Of a DNA stretch of 18,384 nucleotides, positions 7,084 through 14,819 are shown piece by piece (position 1 is the first letter of the stretch; each line of letters begins with the position of its first letter). The position numbers were made by a program, and so were the translations under genes. This stretch comes from a virus (Duplodnaviria; Heunggongvirae; Uroviricota; Caudoviricetes): IMG/VR virus record IMGVR_UViG_2645727539_000015; one strand, given 5' to 3'. Below the pieces are notes generated by a model. That model was not told the DNA's origin. It saw only the letters and a list, made by a program, of their open reading frames with translations, and made no database searches.

Positions 7084-7686
7084 ATGACACCTCATGAACC
7101 GCGTAAGTTCCTTGCAAAAATTGAGGACGAACTTGAGCTTGAGGTAACCTGGAAAAAATTCCGGTTAAACAATAACCAGACAAGAACGGCATACTATGAT
7201 CTGGATTTTGACCAGATGATGCTCGTTGGCATGAGGGAGTCAAAGGCCGTTCGTCGTTCTGTGCTGGCAAGACTCAAAGCGATGCATGGTATTCAGATCC
7301 CCCGGACTTTACCTGAGGCGTTGCGATTTGCGGCAAAACTGGCAGAACAGAAAGCAGAGCTGGAAAATCAACTGGCAATAGCAGCGCCGAAGGCTGAATT
7401 TGTTGATAACTATGTTGAAGCATCTGGTCTGATGGGATTCCGGGAAGTTGCTAAGTTATTCGGTATCAAAGAAACCGATTTCCGGCTGTTTTTGTTGGAG
7501 AACGGAATAATGTATCGCCTCGCTGGAAAAATGACGCATTACTCGCATCACCTGGATGCGGGGCGGTTTAGCGTGAAAACGGGCGAGGCGGGCAATGGTC
7601 ATGCTTTTACGCAGGTTAAATTCACCCCAAAAGGTGTTCAGTGGATTGCTGGTCTGTTTGCTGCATGGAGAGCTACCGCAGCATGA
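7084..7686 (+). CDS. phage antirepressor-like protein (KilAC/Ant C-terminal domain), possibly N-terminally truncated
   Basis: C-terminal half (AKLFGIKETDFRLFLLENGIMY...FTPKGVQWIAGLF) fits the KilAC pattern. No SD before ATG 7084, whereas an SD-equipped ATG at 7058 opens a 12-codon ORF in another frame. Confidence 0.5.
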   Translation: MTPHEPRKFLAKIEDELELEVTWKKFRLNNNQTRTAYYDLDFDQMMLVGMRESKAVRRSVLARLKAMHGIQIPRTLPEALRFAAKLAEQKAELENQLAIAAPKAEFVDNYVEASGLMGFREVAKLFGIKETDFRLFLLENGIMYRLAGKMTHYSHHLDAGRFSVKTGEAGNGHAFTQVKFTPKGVQWIAGLFAAWRATAA

Positions 7687-7778
7687 AGATGATAAAAATG
7701 GACTGGAAATTTTTGCTGGTCTGGCTGATTCCGTTTTTATGGGTGGTTGCCCGGTTAATTACTGCTATTAAGGGGTAA
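7683..7778 (+). CDS. possible tiny membrane peptide (31 aa)
   Basis: ATG 7683 overlaps the Ant-like stop (ATGA); MKMIKMDWKFLLVWLIPFLWVVARLITAIKG is hydrophobic. Too short for the ORF track; coding status uncertain. Confidence 0.25.
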   Translation: MKMIKMDWKFLLVWLIPFLWVVARLITAIKG

Positions 7779-7780
7779 AG

Positions 7781-7912
7781 ATGTCAGACAAACTCATAAT
7801 GCTGGCGAAGGGCCTTTGTATAATCGTCGGTATTTCATTTTCACTAATGCTGGTTGCTCTTTTTCTTTCCCTGGGCTGGATGATGTTGTCTTCGTCGGGG
7901 ATGCTGGGGTGA
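7781..7912 (+). CDS. possible tiny membrane peptide (43 aa)
   Basis: ATG 7781 with AAGGGG 5 nt upstream; [43 protein letters not shown]; stop is followed directly by the Rz RBS. Confidence 0.3.
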   Translation: MSDKLIMLAKGLCIIVGISFSLMLVALFLSLGWMMLSSSGMLG

Positions 7913-7919
7913 GGGGGAT

Positions 7920-8414
7920 ATGAACCGCGTTCTGTGTGTGGTCATCATTGCCCTGCTGGTGGCCTGTGGTGCGCTTAGTCTGGGGCTGAATCATTACCGC
8001 GATAACGCCATTACCTACAAAGCGCAGCGCGATAAAAAAGTCAGTGAGCTGAAACTGGCAAACGCAACCATTACTGATATGCAGCAGCGCCAGCGTGATG
8101 TTGCTGTGCTCGATGCAAAATACTCGAGGGAATTAGCCGATGCGAGAGCTGAAAATGAAACTCTGCGTGCTGATGTTGCCGCTGGTCGTAAGCGCCTGCG
8201 GATCAACGCCACCTGCTCAGGTACCGTGCGTGAAGCCACCGGCACCTCCGGCGTGGATAATGCAACCGGCCCCCGATTGGCAGACACCGCTGAACGGGAT
8301 TATTTCATCCTCAGAGAACGGTTGATGACAATGCAGAAGCAGCTGGAAGGGGCGCAGGAATATATCCGCACTCAGTGCACTAAGCTGGCTTTTTATTATC
8401 CGGAGGATACATGA
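7920..8414 (+). CDS. Rz: i-spanin Rz
   Basis: N-terminal TM then [45 protein letters not shown]...[22 protein letters not shown], very close to lambda Rz; GAGGGGG SD. Confidence 0.85.
   Translation: MNRVLCVVIIALLVACGALSLGLNHYRDNAITYKAQRDKKVSELKLANATITDMQQRQRDVAVLDAKYSRELADARAENETLRADVAAGRKRLRINATCSGTVREATGTSGVDNATGPRLADTAERDYFILRERLMTMQKQLEGAQEYIRTQCTKLAFYYPEDT
8140..8325 (+). CDS. Rz1: o-spanin Rz1 lipoprotein, embedded in the +1 frame of Rz
   Basis: [20 protein letters not shown] lipobox followed by proline-rich [32 protein letters not shown], lambda Rz1-like; lies wholly inside Rz. Confidence 0.8.
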   Translation: MRELKMKLCVLMLPLVVSACGSTPPAQVPCVKPPAPPAWIMQPAPDWQTPLNGIISSSENG

Positions 8415-8635
8415 AGAAATTACTGGTAACCGTAAAGCCTTTTCAGGGAACAATTCCGTTCCGTATTTTGCAGCGTGGTCGTGTTCTTGTTGAAGGTTCG
8501 TTCAGTGGTAAATGTACGCAATTACACACCCGGACCTTTCAGGTGAATGCCACGAATGAAGCGCTAACCGTTGAGTGTACGATGAATGCCGCTAAATGCC
8601 GCATGGTATCCGCTGCATTACAGCCAGTGTGTTGA
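8411..8635 (+). CDS. hypothetical protein (74 aa)
   Basis: ATG overlaps the Rz stop (ATGA), suggesting translational coupling; no recognisable domain. Confidence 0.3.
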   Translation: MKKLLVTVKPFQGTIPFRILQRGRVLVEGSFSGKCTQLHTRTFQVNATNEALTVECTMNAAKCRMVSAALQPVC

Positions 8636-8973
8636 GTGACCTTATTATCCATACGCGGTATTGTCGCCGTATTCCTGCATTAACAGAGACCGCAGCCCGA
8701 CAGGGAGACTACTCTGCGCGAGTGTGCGGGGGTAATCAAAAACGATACACACCGGGGTTTACCGCGTTAACGGAGCGCGGCGTTGTCCCCTCATGGTCGC
8801 CTGTCCGGTGCGATGGTGGAAGAAACTGGACGAAGTGTTACCTCGCAAGCCCTGTTATGCCATGTGTCTGATTTGTGATTTAAGTCGGATAATTGTCGTT
8901 GCCATTAAGCAGAGGATTGATGACCGACAGGGTGGCATTGTTAGAATAAGACTTATTCTTATCTGTGCCGGGA

Positions 8974-9300
8974 ATGAAAAGAAATCTTCCGTTAATTATT
9001 TTGTTGTCTTCTCTGGTTATGGGGTGTTCGCAACATAAAACTGATATGCCACGACAGTTGGTTAAGGCGTTACCACAATATCCGGAATATGCAGCAGCTA
9101 ATCACATTAAGGGGCGTGTTGATGTGAAGTTTGATATTGGTGCTGATGGTACTGTCACCCGAATTGAGTTTATCCGTTCAGAACCGCACCATCTGTTTGA
9201 TGACCAGGTTGTAAAGGCGATGGCAAAATGGCGATTTGAGGAGGGCAAGCCGCGTAAAGGCGTGAAGAAAACATTTATCTTTAGTCCTTCTGCGCCCTGA
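8974..9300 (+). CDS. lipoprotein with TonB C-terminal-like domain (108 aa)
   Basis: MKRNLPLIILLSSLVMGC lipoprotein signal with lipobox Cys; ALPQYPEYAAANHIKGRVDVKFDIGADGTVTRIEFIRSEPHHLFDDQVVKAMAKWRFE matches the TonB_C signature (P-YP...G-V-V-F-V...G-V...FD-A...A...W-F). The track start GTG 8965 is less likely than ATG 8974. Confidence 0.7.
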   Translation: MKRNLPLIILLSSLVMGCSQHKTDMPRQLVKALPQYPEYAAANHIKGRVDVKFDIGADGTVTRIEFIRSEPHHLFDDQVVKAMAKWRFEEGKPRKGVKKTFIFSPSAP

Positions 9301-9432
9301 TTATTTTTAACAGAAACTAATTATCACTGTGTTGTTATTCTGTACATCCCGGCAGGTAAAGTCTTGTTCCGCCGGATATGACGATGAAATATTGTTGGAG
9401 GACAGAGGTTATCTGCTCCTGTAACCGAACGT

Positions 9433-9633
9433 TCATTTCTCGTTATTTGTCATGCTGACCGGGCGCAGATGCGTTGCATTTGTTGCCAGCCTTCTCCTGC
9501 AGGCTTCAATAACCCACGCTGAAAAGTTACCGGAACCTTTATGTTCAAGGGCGATATTGATCTGTTCAATCATGTGATTGGGGAAACGGATATTGCGGGT
9601 TGTGGTTCTGCGGGTCCGGTTTTTCGATGACAT
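9433..9633 (-). CDS. small ribbon-helix-helix (Arc/CopG-type) DNA-binding protein, resembling DLP12 YlcI (DUF3950) as far as I can recall
   Basis: Minus-strand ORF of 66 aa; RNIRFPNHMIEQINIALEHKGSGNFSAWVIEACRRRL has the beta-strand plus two-helix RHH layout; AGAGGA upstream of its ATG; divergent from the HNH gene. Confidence 0.6.
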   Translation of the reverse strand: MSSKNRTRRTTTRNIRFPNHMIEQINIALEHKGSGNFSAWVIEACRRRLATNATHLRPVSMTNNEK

Positions 9634-9674
9634 TTTTTTTCCTCTGGTAACAAGCTATATGGCGAGGATTTTAC

Positions 9675-10040
9675 ATGGCTGTGCTTCGTGCGTTACCGGG
9701 CAGAATCAAAACGCTGAACACCCGGCGGATAAATGTCCTGAAGGGTGAACAGCGTCGTGTCAGTGGCAGTGCCCGGGTTTACCTCAAACGTCGTATCTGG
9801 CTGAGGGATGCCGGACACTGTTGTCTTTGTGGACGCGTGGTTGACCTTTGTGACAGTGAACTCGATCACCGCATTGCACTTCAGTTTGGTGGTGGTAATG
9901 AGGAAATGAATCTCTGGACGCTCTGTACCGAATGCCATCGCCAGAAGTCAGTCAGTGAAACGGCGAGTGGTATGCCGGACCCGACGTTGCCGGAAGTGTC
10001 CGGAGGTCATGGCAGGGCAGACGATATCATCGGACTGTGA
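9675..10040 (+). CDS. HNH endonuclease (terminase-associated type)
   Basis: Motif CCLCGRVVDLCDSELDHRIALQFGGGNEEMNLWTLCTECHRQK (Cys pairs plus H-N-H); GAGGA SD; sits upstream of terS as in HK97-like phages. Confidence 0.8.
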   Translation: MAVLRALPGRIKTLNTRRINVLKGEQRRVSGSARVYLKRRIWLRDAGHCCLCGRVVDLCDSELDHRIALQFGGGNEEMNLWTLCTECHRQKSVSETASGMPDPTLPEVSGGHGRADDIIGL

Positions 10041-10130
10041 CCCGCCCAGGGGGGGGTATCATCCGGCGAAAAAAACGATCGCCACGGACACCGCGCCCCC
10101 TCTCATGCAGAGAAAAAATTCCTGTTTCAG

Positions 10131-10260
10131 GCCAGTTAACATGTTAACTGGCTGTCCGGGCATTTTTGCGGTTTTTATCTTTATTATTCAGTTTGTTGTG
10201 CGAAAAAAATGTTAACTGGCTTTTTCAGCAAATGTTAACCAGGCAGCAGTTAACATTTGC
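10131..10260. repeat. cos/pac-like recognition region: 22-bp perfect palindrome plus repeated ATGTTAAC motifs
   Basis: GCCAGTTAACATGTTAACTGGC (10131-10152) is its own reverse complement. Further ATGTTAAC/GTTAACAT copies occur at 10209-10216, 10232-10239 and 10250-10257, separated by an AT-rich block, in the HNH-terS intergenic region. Confidence 0.45.
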
Positions 10261-10330
10261 GGCATGAGACGCCGGGAAAAATGGGCTGAACCATACCCGG
10301 CTGAGTGCGTTATGGACCCGGGAGGAGGCT

Positions 10331-10894
10331 GTGCTGACAACGCAAAAACGAAAATTTGCGCTGGCGCTCATGTCCGGGAAAAACAAAACAGCGTCAGCCA
10401 TTGCCGCCGGTTATTCGGCGAAGACCGCCAGGGTTAAAGGCTCGCAGCTGGCAAAAGATCCGGAGGTGCTCGCGTTTATAGCCCGTAAACAGTCCGAAAC
10501 GGTGGAGGTGGATGAGGTTCCTGTTTACCGGCAGAAAAAATCAGAGCAGGAGGATAAACCCCGTCGCCGTGAGGTGGCTGCAATACCACAGCCGGACGAA
10601 ACAAATCCGGAGATGCCACCGCCCGTGGTGATATCTCCTGGTATTGAGTATATGGAGGACGGTCTTCCCGATCCGGTGAAAGCGATGGGGCGTCTTCTGG
10701 TGGAGAACATTAATACCGACCCCAGGCTGGCGCTGGATGCGGCTTATAAGCTGGCGCAGTTCACGCACCACAAAAAAGGGGATGCCGGTAAAAAATCGGC
10801 AAAAGGTGACGCGGCGAAAAAAGCGGCTAACCGTTTTGCGGTGCCACTACCACCCCGACTGGTGGTGAATAATGATAATGAGGGCAACGGATGA
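10331..10894 (+). CDS. terminase small subunit
   Basis: N-terminal HTH region KRKFALALMSGKNKTASAIAAGYSAKTARVKGSQLAKDPEV typical of the Terminase_2 family; GTG start after GGAGGAGG; stop overlaps the terL start (ATGA). Confidence 0.7.
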   Translation: MLTTQKRKFALALMSGKNKTASAIAAGYSAKTARVKGSQLAKDPEVLAFIARKQSETVEVDEVPVYRQKKSEQEDKPRRREVAAIPQPDETNPEMPPPVVISPGIEYMEDGLPDPVKAMGRLLVENINTDPRLALDAAYKLAQFTHHKKGDAGKKSAKGDAAKKAANRFAVPLPPRLVVNNDNEGNG

Positions 10895-12552
10895 TACCTG
10901 TGTGGAGCACGGCCTGCCCGGACTGGGCAGAGCGCCTGAAAAAGGGGCTGTCGATTATTCCGGCCCCGATTTATCCGGATCAGGCTGCACATGCACTGGC
11001 GATTTTTAAACAACTGCGGATTGTGGATGCACCGGGCAGCCCGACGTTCGGGGAGTCCTGCGCACAGTGGGTGTTTGACCTGGTGGCGGCCCTGTTTGGC
11101 TCCTACGATGCGCAGACTGGTGTACGCCATATCAAGGAAGTTTTTATCCTTATCCCCAAGAAAAACTCGAAGTCCACGCTGGCCGCAGGGATCATGATGA
11201 CTGCACTGTTACTGAACTGGCGGCAGGCGGCGGGCTACACGATTCTGGCCCCGACAGTGGAGGTGGCAGCCAACGCCTTCAACCCTGCCAGGGATATGGT
11301 ACGACGGGACGATGATCTGGATGACCTCTGTCAGGTGCAGACACATATCCGGACCATCACCCACCGGGTGACAGACACCACCCTGAAGGTGGTGGCAGCC
11401 GATCCGAATACGGTGTCCGGTATCAAGTCCGTGGGTACGCTGATTGATGAGCTGTGGCTGTTTGGCAAGCAGTACAAGGCGGAGGACATGTTACGTGAAG
11501 CCATAGGTGGCCTTGCCTCCCGCCCGGAAGGGTTTGTGGTGTATACGACCACCCAGTCGAATGAACCGCCCGCCGGGGTGTTCAGACAGAAACTGCAGTA
11601 CGCCCGGGATGTGCGCGACGGCAAAATTCATGATCCGCACTTTCTGCCGGTGATCTTTGAACACCCTCCTGAAATGGTGGAAAGCGGGGCTCACCTGCTG
11701 ATGGAAAACCTCGCCATGGTCAATCCGAATCTCGGCTATTCAGTGGATGAGGCCTTTCTGTACCGGGAGTATCGAAAAGCACGGGAAGCCGGTGAAGAGA
11801 CATTCCGGGGCTTCATGTCAAAACACGCCAATGTGGAAATTGGTCTTGCCCTGCGCTCTGACCGCTGGGCGGGGGCGGATTTCTGGGAAGAGCAGGGCCG
11901 TTGTATCAGCCTGGACGATATCCTGCTGCGTGCTGATGTGGTGACAGTGGGGATTGACGGCGGAGGGCTGGATGATCTGCTGGGGATGTATGTGATTGGG
12001 CGTGACCGGGAGACCCGCGAATGGCTGGGCTGGGGCCATGCCTGGGCGCATGAAACCGCGGTGGTCCGACGGAAGAGCGAGGCGTCCCGGTTTCAGGATC
12101 TTGTTGCCTGTGGAGATATGACCATTGTCCGGCGTGTCGGGGATGACACGGCGGAAGTGGCGGAATATGTGCGTCGCATTCATGAGGCTGAGTTACTGGA
12201 CCATATCGGTATTGACCCGTCAGGGGTGGGGCAGATTCTGGATTCACTGGCGGAAGCCGGGATCCCTGAAGGAATTGTGGTGGGGATAAGCCAGGGCTGG
12301 AAACTGGGTGGGGCCATCAAAACCACCGAGCGCAAACTGGCTGAAGGGGTGCTGATTCACGGTGACCAGCCCCTGATGGCCTGGTGTGTCGGCAATGCCC
12401 GGGTGGAGCCTAAAGGTAACGCCATCCTTATTACCAAACAGGCCAGCGGACGGGGGAAAATTGACCCGCTGATGGCGCTCTTCAATGCGGTATCCCTGAT
12501 GTCCCTGAATCCGGAGCCCAAAAAGAAAGAATATGCGGTTTTTTTCATATAA
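10891..12552 (+). CDS. terminase large subunit (553 aa)
   Basis: Length, position and conserved blocks (FILIPKKNSKSTLAAGIMM Walker-A-like region; C-terminal nuclease region VTVGIDGGGLDDL...IGIDPSG) match phage large terminases. Confidence 0.9.
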   Translation: MIPVWSTACPDWAERLKKGLSIIPAPIYPDQAAHALAIFKQLRIVDAPGSPTFGESCAQWVFDLVAALFGSYDAQTGVRHIKEVFILIPKKNSKSTLAAGIMMTALLLNWRQAAGYTILAPTVEVAANAFNPARDMVRRDDDLDDLCQVQTHIRTITHRVTDTTLKVVAADPNTVSGIKSVGTLIDELWLFGKQYKAEDMLREAIGGLASRPEGFVVYTTTQSNEPPAGVFRQKLQYARDVRDGKIHDPHFLPVIFEHPPEMVESGAHLLMENLAMVNPNLGYSVDEAFLYREYRKAREAGEETFRGFMSKHANVEIGLALRSDRWAGADFWEEQGRCISLDDILLRADVVTVGIDGGGLDDLLGMYVIGRDRETREWLGWGHAWAHETAVVRRKSEASRFQDLVACGDMTIVRRVGDDTAEVAEYVRRIHEAELLDHIGIDPSGVGQILDSLAEAGIPEGIVVGISQGWKLGGAIKTTERKLAEGVLIHGDQPLMAWCVGNARVEPKGNAILITKQASGRGKIDPLMALFNAVSLMSLNPEPKKKEYAVFFI

Positions 12553-12615
12553 CCCTGTTCACCCTGTAACCATCATGGACCGCTGCGGCGGTTTTTTTAT
12601 TTTCAGGAGGCTAAT

Positions 12616-14553
12616 GTGACTCTTAAACGGGCCTGCTCCCTGCTGACGGTGAAATCCTTCAGTGAGGATGAGCGGGTGATCACCGGGATTGCGTCAACGC
12701 CTTCTCCGGATCGGGATGGTGACATCCTGGAGCCGGAGGGCGCGGAGTTTGGCAGTGCGATCCCGTTTCTCTGGCAGCATGACCATTCCCGCCCGGTGGG
12801 GCAGTGTACGGTGCGCCGGGTCAGCGAAGGGCTGGAAATCACGGCAACACTGGCGAAGCCCGTGCCGGATATGCCATCGCAACTGGCTGCCAGGCTGGAT
12901 GAGGCCTGGGCGGCCATTAAGACCGGGCTGGTCAGGGGGTTGTCCGTGGGCTTCCGTCCTCATGAATACACCTTTCTGGACGGAGGTGGACTGCATTTTC
13001 TGCGCTGGGAGCTGATGGAGGTGTCTGCCGTCACCGTGCCCGCGAATGCGGAATGCACCATCCGGACCATTAAATCTTACGACCGCCTGTTTTCTGCCGC
13101 GTCCGGCAACCGGAAACCGGTGGTGAAAATCGCATCTTCTGCCGGCGCTGCGGCACAGTCAACAACCGTTTTTCATAAGGAAAAGACCATAATGAATATT
13201 GGCGAACAGATTAAAAGTTTTGAAAACAAGCGTGCAGCACTGGCAGCCTCCCTTGAGGAGGTCATGACCAAAGCCGCAGAGGAAGGGCGCACGCTGGATG
13301 TGGAGGAGGAAGAGCATTACGACAACACCGCAGCGGAAATCCGTCAGGTGGATGCGCATCTGAAGCGCCTGCGTGAACTGGAAGCCGGTAAGGCCGCCAC
13401 GGCACAGCCGGTGAAACAGGCTGGTAACGGGAATTTGGCCGCGGTGGCTTCAGCGCCGGTGATCCGTGTGGAGCAGAAACTGGATAAGGGGATTGGTTTC
13501 GCACGTTTTGCCAAATCGCTGGCTGCGGCTAAAGGTGTCCGCTCTGAAGCCCTGGAAGTGGCCCGTCGTCAGTATCCGGATGACAGTCGTCTGCATCATG
13601 TCCTGAAATCGGCAGTGGGCGCGGGGACCACCACGGATCCGCAGTGGGCAGGCAGCCTGTCTGAATATCAGGAATACGCACAGGACTTTATTGATTACCT
13701 GCGTCCTCAGACCATTATCGGGCGATTTGGTCAGGGCGGGATCCCGGCCCTTCGTCAGGTGCCGTTCAATATCCGTGTGCACGCCCAGGTGTCGGGCGGT
13801 GCTGCCGGCTGGGTGGGTGAGGGTAAGGCAAAACCCCTGACGAAGTTTGATTTTGAATCCATCACCTTCAGTCATGCGAAGGTGTCGGCCATTGCGGTAC
13901 TGACGGAAGAATTGATCCGTTTTTCCAGTCCGGCTGCTGATGCACTGGTCCGTAATGCGCTGGCGGAAGCGGTGGTGGCGCGTCTGGATACAGACTTTGT
14001 GGACCCGAAAAAAGCGGCGGTGGCAGATGTCTCCCCGGCGTCCATCACCCATGATGTGAAGGGCACGGCATCAAGCGGTAACCCGGATGCGGATGCAGAG
14101 GCGGCGTTTGGACAGTTTGTGGCAGCAAACCTGCAGCCCACCGGTGCGGTCTGGCTGATGTCCAGCACCAATGCCCTGGCGCTGTCCATGCGTAAAAATG
14201 CGCTGGGTCAGAAGGAATATCCGGACATGACCCTGCTGGGTGGCTCCTTCCAGGGGCTGCCGGTGATTGTCTCCCAGTACGTGGGTGACCAGCTGGTGCT
14301 GGTGAATGCCCCGGATATTTATCTGGCGGATGACGGCGGCGTGGCAGTGGATATGTCCCGCGAGGCATCACTGGAAATGCAGTCTGATCCGACCGGCGAC
14401 AGTACCACGCCGTCGCCGGTGGAGCTGGTTTCCATGTTCCAGACAGGCAGCGTGGCCATCCGTGCGGAGCGCTGGATCAACTGGCGTCGTCGCCGTACCG
14501 CGGCGGTGGCGGTGATCACAGGAGTGAACTACGGCAGTGCGTCCGGCGGCTGA
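12616..14553 (+). CDS. prohead protease (HK97/S78-type) fused to HK97-fold major capsid protein (645 aa)
   Basis: N-terminus ITGIASTPSPDRDGDILEPEGAEF...WQHD...PVG...GLSVGF...EVSAVTVPAN is prohead-protease-like; a central coiled-coil/delta-like segment follows; the C-terminal ~400 aa are capsid-like (AGWVGEGKAKPLTKFDFESITFSHAKVSAIAVLTEEL). GTG start after AGGAGG. Confidence 0.8.
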   Translation: MTLKRACSLLTVKSFSEDERVITGIASTPSPDRDGDILEPEGAEFGSAIPFLWQHDHSRPVGQCTVRRVSEGLEITATLAKPVPDMPSQLAARLDEAWAAIKTGLVRGLSVGFRPHEYTFLDGGGLHFLRWELMEVSAVTVPANAECTIRTIKSYDRLFSAASGNRKPVVKIASSAGAAAQSTTVFHKEKTIMNIGEQIKSFENKRAALAASLEEVMTKAAEEGRTLDVEEEEHYDNTAAEIRQVDAHLKRLRELEAGKAATAQPVKQAGNGNLAAVASAPVIRVEQKLDKGIGFARFAKSLAAAKGVRSEALEVARRQYPDDSRLHHVLKSAVGAGTTTDPQWAGSLSEYQEYAQDFIDYLRPQTIIGRFGQGGIPALRQVPFNIRVHAQVSGGAAGWVGEGKAKPLTKFDFESITFSHAKVSAIAVLTEELIRFSSPAADALVRNALAEAVVARLDTDFVDPKKAAVADVSPASITHDVKGTASSGNPDADAEAAFGQFVAANLQPTGAVWLMSSTNALALSMRKNALGQKEYPDMTLLGGSFQGLPVIVSQYVGDQLVLVNAPDIYLADDGGVAVDMSREASLEMQSDPTGDSTTPSPVELVSMFQTGSVAIRAERWINWRRRRTAAVAVITGVNYGSASGG

Positions 14554-14597
14554 GTCTGATGAGGAGGACGGGAGGCGTGCGCCTCCCGTAACAGGTT

Positions 14598-14819
14598 ATG
14601 GCAAAGATCCGATATCTGCAGGGCACGCATGATGCCCGGGCCGGGGATATCCGTGATGTGGCACAGCCGTGTGCGGAGGTGCTGGTTCGCCTGGGAAAGG
14701 GGGAGTACATCACGGTGCGACGTCCGGCAGGTCAGAAAAAGAAACGTGATGCGGAGCATGGCGAATGTGGAACCTTTTACGGCGAACCCGAAAAAACCAG
14801 AAATCAGGACGTGACGTAA
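14598..14819 (+). CDS. hypothetical small protein (73 aa), overlaps the portal start by 55 nt
   Basis: ORF from the track, preceded by a perfect 7-bp hairpin at 14570-14587; no recognisable domain. Confidence 0.25.
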   Translation: MAKIRYLQGTHDARAGDIRDVAQPCAEVLVRLGKGEYITVRRPAGQKKKRDAEHGECGTFYGEPEKTRNQDVT

